A stretch of 63,777 bases of DNA from Verrucomicrobiota bacterium (GCA_049510745.1 JBEKYR010000029.1:1-63777), one strand, 5' to 3'; positions 9,652 through 20,135 are shown, counted from the stretch's first letter. Made by a program: numbers and translations. The notes: generated by a model from the sequence alone, not told the origin.

Positions 9652-9810
9652 TTCTTTGCGTCTTTGCGTCTTATGCCCTTTGCGTTTTTCCCACTTCAAT
9701 AATCGCCCCGCAGATTAGCGGAATCCCTGCTGGACAAGCCTGAAACCCGGATTTAGCATCGCAATCATTGAAAGCGATAAACAACAATTCTGTCGCTCCA
9801 GACGACTGTT

Positions 9811-10113
9811 ATGAAACAACTCAACCATTGCCTCCTGGCCCTTCTGGCAGCGTTGCTGGCAGGCTGTAGCGCCACTCACACCGCCGATCCAACCGCCGTT
9901 CCGGCGTGGAGCCAGATTCAGCCCGGAATGACCCGGCAACAGGTTTATGCCGCTTTGGGCAAGCCTCTTCGAGAGACTGAACAAGAGGCTGAATGGAAGA
10001 GTCCCGAAGCAAAAATGGGTTGGCCCTCCACCACCTATTGGCGGAAGTTGGAGGTGTATTTTGACGAGAAGGGCCAAGTCAGGGCGACCCGCGACTACGA
10101 ACAGCAGAAATGA
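9811..10113 (+). CDS. Small lipoprotein, SmpA/BamE-like fold
   Basis: Lipobox LLAGC; IQPGMTRQQVYAALGKP; LEVYFDEKGQV. Confidence 0.7.
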   Translation: MKQLNHCLLALLAALLAGCSATHTADPTAVPAWSQIQPGMTRQQVYAALGKPLRETEQEAEWKSPEAKMGWPSTTYWRKLEVYFDEKGQVRATRDYEQQK

Positions 10114-10167
10114 GCCATCCCTGGCCGAACAAGTCGCCGGATTATGATTGACACTACTGACACAACT

Positions 10168-11355
10168 ATGAAACGATACCTGAATCTATTTGGAGGAATT
10201 CCATTCATGGGATTCGCGCTTGGCCTGGCCCTGTTTCCATTCACTGCGTCAGTTCACGCCTGCACGATCTTCGTGCTGACCGATACCAACCGGGCGCTGT
10301 TCTGCAATAACGAGGATTGGTCCAATCCCAAGACACGAATCTGGTTCGTTCCCGCCGGCAACGGTCATCATGGCTGTGTTTATGTCGGCTTTGACGACGG
10401 TTGGGCCCAAGGCGGTTTTAACACGGAAGGCCTCGCCTGCGATTGGGTGGCGGGATACACGGAAAAATGGGAGCCGGATCTCAGTGTGCCGAACGCCTGG
10501 GGAAATTCGGGCCAGCGTGTGCTCGAAACCTGCTCCACCGTTCAGGATGCCATCGCCTTTTATCGCAGCCGCCGGGACCCCGGCTTTTACCGCGCAAAAA
10601 TTCTGCTGGCCGACAGGACCGGCGCCTCTGTCATTATCGGGGCAAAGGATGGCAAATTGCAGGTCGAGCAAGCCAGCCAATGCCGCGGGTTCGGTTATGG
10701 ACAACGAACGCTCGACAAAATGCTCGCCTCGCCCCAGGAACCCACCGCGGCCAATGGTTTCAGAATTTTGCGCGCCTGCGCGCAGAAAGGCCAATACGCC
10801 ACCAAATACTCCAATGTCTATGACTTGAAGTCCGGCGACATTTTCCTGCTTCCGTTTCCAGACCGCGACGACGAGGTGAAGTTCAACCTGGCGGTCGAAC
10901 TGAAGAAAGGGGGCCACTATTACGATATGCCTCAAATTCACGAACAACTCGCCCAAGCCCCCAGGCCGCTCCTCGCCAATATGAAGCGCCTTCTGCTGGA
11001 CGAGTTCAAACCGATCCCCGACAACGAACCCAAGGTCACCGCCCATGTGCAGGCCATGATCCAGGACGTGACCGATGGCAAATTGCGCGAGGATGACTTT
11101 GCCGCCGAGTTGTGGCAAAGGGAATTTCCGAACCAGAAAAATACCCAGGCGGCTGTAAGATCCTTTGGCGGCTTTGTCTCGATGTCACTGGTTGATCGCA
11201 GCGACGAGGGCGGCAACCGCTGCTACCGTTACCGGGTGGAGTTCAATAACGCCCTGCTGCTCCAGAAGTTCGTCTTTGACCAGCAGAACAAGCTTACAGC
11301 TTCCGACACGGAAGACTTGGAATCAAAATTCGACCCAAAGGCCGCAGTTAAATAA
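10168..11355 (+). CDS. Secreted N-terminal nucleophile (Cys) hydrolase, linear amide C-N hydrolase/C45-like
   Basis: Signal peptide ending VHA-CTIF, CNNED, QGGFNTEGL, TKYSNVYDLK; alternative ATG at 10144. Confidence 0.75.
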   Translation: MKRYLNLFGGIPFMGFALGLALFPFTASVHACTIFVLTDTNRALFCNNEDWSNPKTRIWFVPAGNGHHGCVYVGFDDGWAQGGFNTEGLACDWVAGYTEKWEPDLSVPNAWGNSGQRVLETCSTVQDAIAFYRSRRDPGFYRAKILLADRTGASVIIGAKDGKLQVEQASQCRGFGYGQRTLDKMLASPQEPTAANGFRILRACAQKGQYATKYSNVYDLKSGDIFLLPFPDRDDEVKFNLAVELKKGGHYYDMPQIHEQLAQAPRPLLANMKRLLLDEFKPIPDNEPKVTAHVQAMIQDVTDGKLREDDFAAELWQREFPNQKNTQAAVRSFGGFVSMSLVDRSDEGGNRCYRYRVEFNNALLLQKFVFDQQNKLTASDTEDLESKFDPKAAVK

Positions 11356-11530
11356 GTCGTGCGACAACTACTGCCGGCTTGTTCACCGCTGGTTGCCAGG
11401 CAAATCGCGGTGATTTCCAATGATCCATCAGCGCCACGACCAAAACCTCGATTATGAAAACAGCTTCGCCAGCCAGAAGTTTGGGGTTGAGATTTGGCGG
11501 CAATGGACTAGAACCAATCTCCATGCCATT

Positions 11531-14500
11531 ATGACCGACGGCGATTTTCTTCATGAAGAGCCACCCGCATACGGGAGTGCCGGCAAACCCGCCCCGCTCA
11601 CCGAATATCTGCGCAAACTCGAACGTGCCCTCAAACGCGGCGACGCGACCGAACACACCCATCGCCCCGCGCTCAAGGAACTGATCGAAGCCCTCGACGA
11701 AAACGTCATCGCCACCAACGAACCGAAGCGTTCCGACTGCGGTGCGCCGGATTACGTCGTTTCCCGCAGGCGCGACCAGCTTTCCCTCGGCTACATCGAA
11801 GCCAAGGACATCGGCGCGGACCTGAACGAGATTGAGCGGAGCCAACAGCTCAAGCGCTACCTTGCCTCTCTCCCAAATCTCCTGCTGACTGACTACCTGG
11901 AGTTCCGCTGGTTTGTGGACGGCAAGAAGCGGCAAACCTTCCGCCTCGCCCACCTCGCCCCCAGTGGCAAACTCGCGCCGGTTGCCGCGGATCAACTCGA
12001 ACGCGCCCGCCAGCTCTTGCTCGGTTTTCTTTCGCAAAAACCGGTGGACATTTCCTCCGCCGAGGAACTGGCCCGCCGTCTCGCCAGTCTCACTCACATT
12101 ATCCGCGACATCATCATCCGCGCATTTCTGGCCGGGCAGGCTTCGCAACAGTTGCGCGACTGGCGCGATGCCTTTGCCGCCACCCTTCTGCCCGAACTCG
12201 CGCCGCAAACCGACGCCGGGAAAGAAGCGGAAGCCGTGAGCGAGTTCGCCGATATGTTTGCGCAGACGCTCGCCTACGGTTTGTTCAGCGCCCGCGCCAC
12301 CAGCGGCACCAGCAAATTCACCCGCGAGAAAGCGCAGAAACTTATCCCGCGCACCAACCCCTTTCTCCGCACCTTCTTCGAGCAGATTACCGGCGCGGCG
12401 CTGGACGACGAACCGTTCGCCGGCTTCGTTGAAGATTTAATCCAGACGCTCGATCACGCGGACATGGGACGGGTTATGGAAGACTTTGGCAAACACGGCC
12501 CCCGCCGCGACCCCGTGGTTCATTTCTACGAGACTTTCCTGCAAGCCTACGATCCCAAGCTGCGCGAACTGCGCGGCGTTTATTATACGCCCGAGCCGGT
12601 GGTGAACTACATCGTCCAGAGCATTGACCGCCTCCTGAAAAAAAAGTTCATCATCAAGGCCGGACTCGCCGATCACCAGAAAATTACCGTCAAGCGCAAG
12701 GAAGGCGAAGGCGAGGTCACTGACGAAACGCATCGCGTGCTTATTCTTGACCCCGCCGCAGGCACGGCCACATTTCTCTACACCGTCCTCGATTTCATCC
12801 GTTCACAGTTCAAGACCAGGAAGAATGCCGGCCAGTGGGGCAGTTACGTTCACGAGCATTTGCTACCGCGGCTCTTTGGCTTTGAACTCCTGATGGCTCC
12901 CTATGCCGTGGCGCATTTCAAAATCGGCCTGGCGCTCGCGGCGATGGATGAGGAACCGCTCTTCCGCCAGCAATGGAGCTACGAACCGCAGGGCAGCGAG
13001 CGCGTGAACATTTTCCTCACCAACACGCTGGAGGACTTGGAACACACCGCCGAGCAGCTTGGCCCCCTGCGCGCCTTGAGCGACGAAGCCAATTCCGCCT
13101 ACGAGGTCAAGCAACACAAGCCCGTCCTCGTCATCCTCGGCAATCCGCCTTATTGCGGCCACAGCGCGAACACCGGCGAGTGGATTTCCAAACTCGTCCG
13201 CGATTACTACTTCTGTGACGGCCAGCCGCTCGGCGAGCGGAATCCCAAATGGTTGCAGGACGACTACGTGAAGTTTCTCCGCTGGGGGCAATGGCGCATT
13301 GAGCAGACTGGTCAGGGCGTGCTCGCCTTCATCACCAACCACGGGTACCTTGACAACCCAACCTTTCGCGGCATGAGGCAGAATCTCATGCAGACATTCG
13401 ACGAGATTTACGTCCTCGATTTGCACGGCAATTCGAAGAAGAAGGAAATCGTTCCCGGCACCGGCGAAGCGGATAAGAATGTTTTCGACATCCAGCAAGG
13501 CGTGGCTATTGGCATCTTTGTCAAACTGCCGCCGGACGCGCGGGCGAAAAAGAAAGAGAAGGCTCCCGCCACAGTTCGGCACTGCCATCTGTGGGGCGCC
13601 CAGCGCCAGACGAAATACGACTGGCTGGACCGCAACCAGATTGAAAGCACTGACTGGGCGATGCTTACGCCTGCCGCGCCACACTACCTGTTCATTCCGC
13701 AAGACACCAAGCGGCTCAAGGAATACGAACGGGGCTGGAGGGTCACGGAGATGATGCCCATTCACAGTTTGGGTATCGCGGCCGGACGCGATCATTTCAC
13801 GGTTGCTTTCAGCGGTGAAGAACTTCGCGATAAACTTCAGACATTCCTTGAACTTGACGGCGAAGAAGCAAGACGGCGGTTTGATTTAGGTCCAGATTCA
13901 AGGGATTGGCAGGTCGATCTCGCCCAAGCTGACCTTAAACACGGTAATTGGGATTCGCGCATTACGACAATTCTCTACCGCCCATTCGATCTCCGTGAGA
14001 CCTGTTACACCGGAATCTCCCGTGGATTTCATTGTATGCCGCGGCAAGACGTGATGCGCCACTTCTTGCAAGGGAATCTGAACCTGGGGCTTTCCACGAC
14101 ACGTTCCACGGAAATTCGCCAAGGCTGGACCCATGTATTCGCCACGCAAGAAATAACGCAGTTACACAGCGTCTCGCTCAAAGAGGTTAATTACCTGTTT
14201 CCCCTCTATCTCTATCCAAACGGCAAGCTGCCCGAGGAAGACTTGTTTGCGCAGGAGAATGGCCGTCGCCCCAACTTGAGCGTGGAATTCGTCAAACAGT
14301 TTTGTGAACGACTCAATTGCAGGTTTGTGCCCGATGGATTCGGCCGTCCGTCCCGGCGGGAGGTCGGCCCGGAGTGCATCTTCAATTACGCTTACGCCAT
14401 ATTCCACAGTCCAACTTATCGTGAACGATACGCAGATTTTCTCCGCGCTGACTTTCCACGAGTGCCGCTGACCAGCAATTGGGACCTCTTTGGAGAATTG

Positions 14501-14947
14501 GGGGGCCTTGGCCTGTGGTTGGTGGACTTACACGCACGCGGACAGGGGAAAAACACTCCAGTTGGATTCCCTGTCAAAGGCACGGACGAAGTTCGTGATG
14601 TTCGTTTCCAACCTGTCGCTTCCTTGGTAATTCCCGGTGTAAAACGCATGAAGAGTTCAACCCCATGTGGACAGGTTGAGACGCGGTCTTGGCCCGACAT
14701 TAAAGCGGGCCGCGTCTGGATCAATGACCGGCAGTATTTCGAGCCTGTGCCGGGAGCCGCTTGGAAATTCTCCATCGGCGGCTACCTGCCCGCGCAACGC
14801 TGGCTCAAAGACCGCATCGGCCGCACCCTCGCTTTCGAGGAACAGGCAGAATATCAGCGCATCATCTGGGCCTTGCTCGAAACGCGGCGACTGATGGCTG
14901 AGATCGATGCCAGCATCAAACACTACGGCGGCTGGCCCATGAGGTAA
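11531..14947 (+). CDS. Single-chain restriction-modification enzyme (N6-adenine MTase, type ISP-like C-terminal specificity domain, no helicase; type IIG-like)
   Basis: N-terminal PD..EAK nuclease (GAPDYVV..YIEAKD), GVYYTPEPVV, motif I LDPAAGTATF, motif IV GNPPY, LDLHGN, FSIGGYLPAQRWLKDR. Confidence 0.88.
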   Translation: MTDGDFLHEEPPAYGSAGKPAPLTEYLRKLERALKRGDATEHTHRPALKELIEALDENVIATNEPKRSDCGAPDYVVSRRRDQLSLGYIEAKDIGADLNEIERSQQLKRYLASLPNLLLTDYLEFRWFVDGKKRQTFRLAHLAPSGKLAPVAADQLERARQLLLGFLSQKPVDISSAEELARRLASLTHIIRDIIIRAFLAGQASQQLRDWRDAFAATLLPELAPQTDAGKEAEAVSEFADMFAQTLAYGLFSARATSGTSKFTREKAQKLIPRTNPFLRTFFEQITGAALDDEPFAGFVEDLIQTLDHADMGRVMEDFGKHGPRRDPVVHFYETFLQAYDPKLRELRGVYYTPEPVVNYIVQSIDRLLKKKFIIKAGLADHQKITVKRKEGEGEVTDETHRVLILDPAAGTATFLYTVLDFIRSQFKTRKNAGQWGSYVHEHLLPRLFGFELLMAPYAVAHFKIGLALAAMDEEPLFRQQWSYEPQGSERVNIFLTNTLEDLEHTAEQLGPLRALSDEANSAYEVKQHKPVLVILGNPPYCGHSANTGEWISKLVRDYYFCDGQPLGERNPKWLQDDYVKFLRWGQWRIEQTGQGVLAFITNHGYLDNPTFRGMRQNLMQTFDEIYVLDLHGNSKKKEIVPGTGEADKNVFDIQQGVAIGIFVKLPPDARAKKKEKAPATVRHCHLWGAQRQTKYDWLDRNQIESTDWAMLTPAAPHYLFIPQDTKRLKEYERGWRVTEMMPIHSLGIAAGRDHFTVAFSGEELRDKLQTFLELDGEEARRRFDLGPDSRDWQVDLAQADLKHGNWDSRITTILYRPFDLRETCYTGISRGFHCMPRQDVMRHFLQGNLNLGLSTTRSTEIRQGWTHVFATQEITQLHSVSLKEVNYLFPLYLYPNGKLPEEDLFAQENGRRPNLSVEFVKQFCERLNCRFVPDGFGRPSRREVGPECIFNYAYAIFHSPTYRERYADFLRADFPRVPLTSNWDLFGELGGLGLWLVDLHARGQGKNTPVGFPVKGTDEVRDVRFQPVASLVIPGVKRMKSSTPCGQVETRSWPDIKAGRVWINDRQYFEPVPGAAWKFSIGGYLPAQRWLKDRIGRTLAFEEQAEYQRIIWALLETRRLMAEIDASIKHYGGWPMR

Positions 14948-14954
14948 TCGCTTT

Positions 14955-15905
14955 ATGAATGGATGGCTGAAGATGGCGGCGGCGGTTTGTTTTTGCGGCG
15001 CGCTGGCGGGCTGCTTTTCGCGGCCGGTTGGACAGATGGAGCCGGGTTACAGGGCCTACACTCTGGCCGCCGAACAAATCTGGCAAATGAACCTGCCTGG
15101 CGGACAACGGTTCGACGCTTCCGGCCTCTTCCTGGAAAAATCCGGCGCTTTGCTGACGGAAAGCGATCAAAGCATCGGCGTCTATCGCATCCGTTTCACG
15201 CCGGGCAGCGATTCGGTGGATCTGGAGCGTATTCCCGATTGTTTCACGGCGGCGCAGTTGGCCCCTTTTGCGCGGGAAAAATCCGGACGCTACGATTGCG
15301 AGGGCGTCACCGAGGACGACCTGGGCCGGATTTACCTCTGCGAAGAGGCCGACCGCTGGATTTTGCGCTGGGACCCGCGCTCCAATTCCGTCGAGCGCCT
15401 TGACATTGATTGGACACCTGTCAAGAAGTATTTCTCCCGCGATCGCAACGCCGCCTGGGAGGGCATCGCCATCCACGATGGGACGTTGTATGTGGCCAAT
15501 GAACGAAAACGCGGGCGCCTCATCGCCGTCGATCTCCGAACACTCAAGGTGACGGATGATTTTGCGGTGCGCGCCAGCCGCAGCCTTTGGTGGGAGCCTC
15601 ATTATTCCGACCTGTGCTGGTTCGACGGCGCGCTCTATGCGTTGATGCGCGAGGACCACGTCATCCTGAAAATCAACCCAGCCACGCACCGCGTCCTGGC
15701 CGAATACAATTTCGCCAGAATGGAAAACGACCGCGAAGTGGCCTATCACAAAGTCGTTCCCCTCGTCGTCGGCGTCATGGAAGGGCTGGCCGTGGACAGG
15801 GATTATTTCTGGCTCTGCACCGATAACAACGGGTTGAGCCGCAAAAAATATCCCGGCGACACCCGCCCGACGCTTTTCAAGTGCCGCCGGCCCGATGCGT
15901 TTTAA
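14955..15905 (+). CDS. Lipoprotein, SdiA-regulated/phytase-like beta-propeller
   Basis: Lipobox LAGC; repeats DASGL, DCEGVT, WEGIA, YSDL, MEGLAVD, TDNNG. Confidence 0.65.
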   Translation: MNGWLKMAAAVCFCGALAGCFSRPVGQMEPGYRAYTLAAEQIWQMNLPGGQRFDASGLFLEKSGALLTESDQSIGVYRIRFTPGSDSVDLERIPDCFTAAQLAPFAREKSGRYDCEGVTEDDLGRIYLCEEADRWILRWDPRSNSVERLDIDWTPVKKYFSRDRNAAWEGIAIHDGTLYVANERKRGRLIAVDLRTLKVTDDFAVRASRSLWWEPHYSDLCWFDGALYALMREDHVILKINPATHRVLAEYNFARMENDREVAYHKVVPLVVGVMEGLAVDRDYFWLCTDNNGLSRKKYPGDTRPTLFKCRRPDAF

Positions 15906-15941
15906 GTTTCAGGTTTGGCGGCGGGACGCTACAGTAGAGCC

Positions 15942-17021
15942 GTGGCGATTCGTAATATTATATTTGACTGGTCGGGGACCCTGGTCGATGACTTGCCGGC
16001 CGTGCTGGCGGCGACCAATTTTGTCTTCGCACAGTGCGGCGTGGAGCCGATGAGCCTGGAAAAGTTCCGCGCCGAATTTTGCCTGCCGTTCAAGAGTTTT
16101 TACGACCGCTTCACGCCGGGCGTCCCAGTGGCCGAATTGGAACGGACCTTCCACGGCCATTTCCGCCACGTGCAGGACGCGGTGACGGAGGTGCCCCACG
16201 CCCGCGAGTTTCTGATCTTTTGCCGCAAGCATCGGTTGCGCACCTTTGTCTTGAGCACGGTGCATCCGGACTATTACGCGTTGCAGGCGGGCGCGACTGG
16301 TTTCGCCCAATACATTGACCGGCCCTATCTGGGCGTCTGGGACAAGCGGGCCAAGATCGTGGAATTGCTGGCCGAAAACCAGTTGTCCGCCGCCGAAACC
16401 CTGTTCATCGGCGACATGCAGCATGACATCGAGACGGCCAAATACGGCGGCGTCCATTCCTGCGCGGTCCTGACCGGCTACAACCGCCTGGAGCAGTTGC
16501 GCGCCAGCGAGCCGGACTTGATCGTCGAACATCTGGGCGAGCTGCGCGGCATCCTGGAGCGCGCCGGATTTGACCTGCGCCCACGGCCGGGCGGCGCGAC
16601 GGGGGACGGGCCGGCGCATCCGGTTTGCACGGTGGGCGCGCTGATTTTCAACGCCGACAACCGGGTGCTGATGGTTCGCACGCAAAAATGGTCCAACCTC
16701 TGGGGCATCCCGGGCGGCAAAATAAAATTCGGCGAGCCGTCGCTCGAGGCGCTGCGGCGCGAGATCAAAGAGGAAACCAGCCTCGACATCGGCGACATCA
16801 GGTTTGTCCTCGCGCAGGACTGCATTCACTCCAAGGAGTTCTATCGCGAGGCTCATTTTGTCCTGCTCAATTACACCTGCCGGGTGGAAGGCAATGCCGC
16901 CGTGAAATTGAATGAGGAAGCGCAGGAATTCCGCTGGATGCCCCCGGCGGAGGCGCTGGCCATGCCGTTGAACCAGCCGACACGGACGCTGCTGGAAAAG
17001 GTGTTGAAGACCGCCGCATGA
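15942..17021 (+). CDS. HAD-hydrolase / NUDIX hydrolase fusion
   Basis: HAD motif I FDWSGTLVD, motif IV FIGDMQHDI; Nudix box GKIKFGEPSLEALRREIKEETSL; GTG start; ATGA overlap with folB. Confidence 0.88.
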   Translation: MAIRNIIFDWSGTLVDDLPAVLAATNFVFAQCGVEPMSLEKFRAEFCLPFKSFYDRFTPGVPVAELERTFHGHFRHVQDAVTEVPHAREFLIFCRKHRLRTFVLSTVHPDYYALQAGATGFAQYIDRPYLGVWDKRAKIVELLAENQLSAAETLFIGDMQHDIETAKYGGVHSCAVLTGYNRLEQLRASEPDLIVEHLGELRGILERAGFDLRPRPGGATGDGPAHPVCTVGALIFNADNRVLMVRTQKWSNLWGIPGGKIKFGEPSLEALRREIKEETSLDIGDIRFVLAQDCIHSKEFYREAHFVLLNYTCRVEGNAAVKLNEEAQEFRWMPPAEALAMPLNQPTRTLLEKVLKTAA

Positions 17022-17404
17022 CGCACACCATGGACCAGATAGTCATCAAGGATTTGGAGGTTTTCTACCGCGTGGGTGTCTCGGAGCAAGAGCGCGCCCA
17101 GCCGCAACGGCTGCTGCTGACCGTCGAGATGGCGCACCCGTTCGCCGCCGCCGCCGGGCGCGATGACCTGGAACAAACCATCAATTATTACACCGTGGCG
17201 CAACGTCTGTTGCGTTTTGGCGAAGCACGCTCGTGGAAATTGATCGAAACCGTGGCCGTCGAGATCGCAGCCGTGGTTCTCCGCGAATTCGCGCCCAAAC
17301 GGGTCAGCGTGGAAGTGAAAAAATTTGTGTTGCCGGAAGCGGCGTGCGTTTCGGTGCGCGTCAGCCGCGCGCTCCCGCGGCGGCGCCGGGTGTCCAACAA
17401 GTGA
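17018..17404 (+). CDS. folB: Dihydroneopterin aldolase
   Basis: DQIVIKDLEV..VGV..ERAQPQRL, DDLEQTINY, KLIETVA, SVEVKK. Confidence 0.92.
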   Translation: MTHTMDQIVIKDLEVFYRVGVSEQERAQPQRLLLTVEMAHPFAAAAGRDDLEQTINYYTVAQRLLRFGEARSWKLIETVAVEIAAVVLREFAPKRVSVEVKKFVLPEAACVSVRVSRALPRRRRVSNK

Positions 17405-17480
17405 GACCGGCCCCGCCGCACGAGTGCCGTTGGATTTGCGCTTTACAGCAGGCGGGATTACTCTGCGGCACAAAGGTTTT

Positions 17481-17951
17481 ATGAAACGATTTCTTTTTGG
17501 ATTTTTGCTCGGGGCGCTGGCGGTGGGGGCCTTCTGGTATTTCCGCGGCCAGCCGCAAAAGCCGTCGTTGGAAGAGGCGCGTGACCGGATCGTCTCCGGC
17601 GCGGTCGAAGCGGAGAGCGTGGCGCGAATCCGGTTGCAGTCGCTGGGCCTGACGCCGGAGAGCATCAAGGAGGAATTGGCCCGCACCGGCAAAGTGATCC
17701 GGCAGAAGAGCCAGGTCGTCGGCCACGCCATTGCCGACGCCGCCGCCGACACCCGCATCACGACCGGCATCAAGGCGAAATACCTGGCCGACCCGGACCT
17801 GTCCGCGTTGAGCATCTCTGTCAATACGACCGCTGGCTGCGTGACGCTTTCCGGCACGGCCAGCACCCTGGAAAACATCAGCAAAGCCATGTCGCTGGCC
17901 TACGAGACCGACGGGGTGACGCAGGTGATCTCGACCTTGCAGGTGAAGTAA
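17481..17951 (+). CDS. BON domain protein (OsmY-like)
   Basis: N-terminal TM; DTRITTGIKAKY..ISVNTTAGCVTLSG..DGVTQV. Confidence 0.85.
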   Translation: MKRFLFGFLLGALAVGAFWYFRGQPQKPSLEEARDRIVSGAVEAESVARIRLQSLGLTPESIKEELARTGKVIRQKSQVVGHAIADAAADTRITTGIKAKYLADPDLSALSISVNTTAGCVTLSGTASTLENISKAMSLAYETDGVTQVISTLQVK

Positions 17952-17957
17952 GGCCCG

Positions 17958-19133
17958 TCAGCCCTGCCGGCCGCGGACGAATTGCTCCATGCGCTCCAAC
18001 CCCTTCTCAATGTTCTCCATGCTCGTGGCGTAGCTGATGCGGACGTAATCGTCGGCCCCAAAAGCCACGCCGGGAACGACGGCGACCTTCTGGCGTTCGA
18101 GCAATTGCGCGGAAAACTCCATCGACTTGAGGCCCGTCCCGGAAATGTTGGGGAAGAGGTAAAAGGCGCCTTTGGCGTTGACGCACGAGATGCCGGGAAT
18201 GCTGTTGAGTTTTTTCCAGGCGTAGGCGCGGCGCCGCGCGAATTCCGCCAGCCAGACCGCCAGATGGTCCTGCGGCCCGTTCAACGCCACCACCGCGCCT
18301 TTTTGCGCGAACGAGGTCGGATTGCTCGTGCTGTGGCTCTGGATGGCGTCGATGGCCCGGGCGATCGGCTCCGGCGCGGCCGTCAGGCCGATGCGCCAGC
18401 CGGTCATCGAGTAAGCCTTGGCCAGCCCATGCACGAGGACGGTGTGCTCGTAATGCTGCGGTGAAAAACCCGCCACGCTGACGTGCTCGGCGCCGTCATA
18501 AACGAGCTTTTCGTAAATCTCATCGCTCATGATGAGCACGCCCTTTTCCACGCAGATGTCGCCCAGCGCCCTGATCTCTTCGCGCGTGTAAAGCGAGCCG
18601 GTCGGATTGCTGGGCGAATTGAGGATGAACAGGCGCGTGCGCGGCGTGAGGGCGGCGCGCAATTGCGCGGGCGTGATTTTGAAATCGGTCTTGTCCGTCG
18701 TTTCGATGATGACCGGCTTGGCTTCCGCCAGGCGGGCCATTTCCGGGTAGCTCAACCAATACGGCGCCGGGATGACCACTTCGTCGCCGGGGTCGCACGT
18801 GGCCAGGATGACGTTGCAACAGGAATGTTTGCCGCCGCACGAAATGATGATTTGCGACGGTTTGTATGTCAGGCCGTTGTCGCGCTTGAATTTGTCCGCC
18901 GCCGCCTGGCGCAACTCCGGGATGCCGCTGCTGGGGGTGTATTTGGTGAAGCCATCGTTGAGCGCCTGGATGGCCGCCTGGGTGATATGTTTGGGCGTCG
19001 GAAAATCCGGCTCGCCCGCGCCGAATCCGACGACATCGATGCCTTCGGCCTTCATTTGTTTGGCCTTGGCGTCTATGGCCAGGGTGATCGAGGGCGTCAG
19101 CGCCGCTGCCCGGCGCGAAATATGGTATTTCAT
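17958..19133 (-). CDS. aspC: Aspartate aminotransferase (class I PLP)
   Basis: GAGEPDF, NSPSNPTG, SDEIYEKL, AKAYSMTGWRIG, GAFYLFP, RISYATS. Confidence 0.9.
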   Translation of the reverse strand: MKYHISRRAAALTPSITLAIDAKAKQMKAEGIDVVGFGAGEPDFPTPKHITQAAIQALNDGFTKYTPSSGIPELRQAAADKFKRDNGLTYKPSQIIISCGGKHSCCNVILATCDPGDEVVIPAPYWLSYPEMARLAEAKPVIIETTDKTDFKITPAQLRAALTPRTRLFILNSPSNPTGSLYTREEIRALGDICVEKGVLIMSDEIYEKLVYDGAEHVSVAGFSPQHYEHTVLVHGLAKAYSMTGWRIGLTAAPEPIARAIDAIQSHSTSNPTSFAQKGAVVALNGPQDHLAVWLAEFARRRAYAWKKLNSIPGISCVNAKGAFYLFPNISGTGLKSMEFSAQLLERQKVAVVPGVAFGADDYVRISYATSMENIEKGLERMEQFVRGRQG

Positions 19134-19232
19134 AGTCAAGATGGAAAGAAATAGCGGCGCGGGGGCGCAGAATTCAAGGAATAAAGCGCGGAATTTTCGC
19201 TGCGCGACGAAAAAAACGCGAAGCCTAAGCGG

Positions 19233-20135
19233 TCAATGAGCGGCGCCACTCCAGTCCACGGGGATGATCCGCATCGCGTTGCCCACGCGGGTGTAATCGG
19301 GCGTTTGCCCGGAGGCAACCGGGACGGCGTTATTTGCCGGAAAAGGATCGATCATCGGCACCGCCCAATGCCAGTACTCGACGTGCCCGTCGGCAAACGA
19401 GAAATCGGCCCCTTGATTATGACGATTGGAAGGCATATCCCACCATTCGCCTGGCGTGTAGTTGGGCATGCTGTAGCCGAATTGCGCGTCCACCAGTGTT
19501 CCCTCATTTTCGTCAACGAAGACAAAGAGCCCCGTTGGCGTGGGATTTGTGATCGAGGAGAGTCTCAGGAAGCAAGGCTGGTTCCAGTCCACCGGGTAGC
19601 TATTCGGATTGTCCGGGTTTGGCAACATGCCCAATCCATTGACGGACTGGCTCATGTTGTAGCTGCGAGTTCGCAACAAAGGAAGCAGGTTGCCAAACCC
19701 GTCATCCACTTGCGACACATCAGAGGGGCAGTGGTAAATCGCCGTGGATTTGTCATAGGGAAACAGGAGGCCTGCCTGGATAAACGCCGTGCTTGTATCA
19801 ACGCGCGCATGCCCTTCACACCATGAAAGTTGATTAAAATTCGCATTCCCGGTGGGAGATTCGGTCGTAATATCATCGTTTGGCGCCAGAACCCCGCCGT
19901 AATCATCGGCGTACATCTGCCAGCAAAGCTGCAACTGTTTGAGATTGCCCATGCAGTTGACCCTCTTGCTTTCCTCCTTCGCCTTCCACAGCGCTGGCAA
20001 AAGGAGCGCGGCGAGGATGGCAATGATGGCGATGACCACCAACAATTCGATCAGGGTAAAGGCGCGCGCCAGCCGGCGGAACGTGCCCGGCTGTCGCGGA
20101 TTGACTGGTCCCGCACTGTTAGGGTGGCGGCTCAT
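19233..20135 (-). CDS. Prepilin-type N-terminal cleavage/methylation protein with H-X9-DG motif
   Basis: [49 protein letters not shown]. Confidence 0.9.
   Translation of the reverse strand: MSRHPNSAGPVNPRQPGTFRRLARAFTLIELLVVIAIIAILAALLLPALWKAKEESKRVNCMGNLKQLQLCWQMYADDYGGVLAPNDDITTESPTGNANFNQLSWCEGHARVDTSTAFIQAGLLFPYDKSTAIYHCPSDVSQVDDGFGNLLPLLRTRSYNMSQSVNGLGMLPNPDNPNSYPVDWNQPCFLRLSSITNPTPTGLFVFVDENEGTLVDAQFGYSMPNYTPGEWWDMPSNRHNQGADFSFADGHVEYWHWAVPMIDPFPANNAVPVASGQTPDYTRVGNAMRIIPVDWSGAAH

Noticed and set aside
8967..9686. CRISPR array
   Set aside because: Only two long repeat copies, no regular repeat-spacer period, no cas genes; no CRISPR array seen anywhere in the window.
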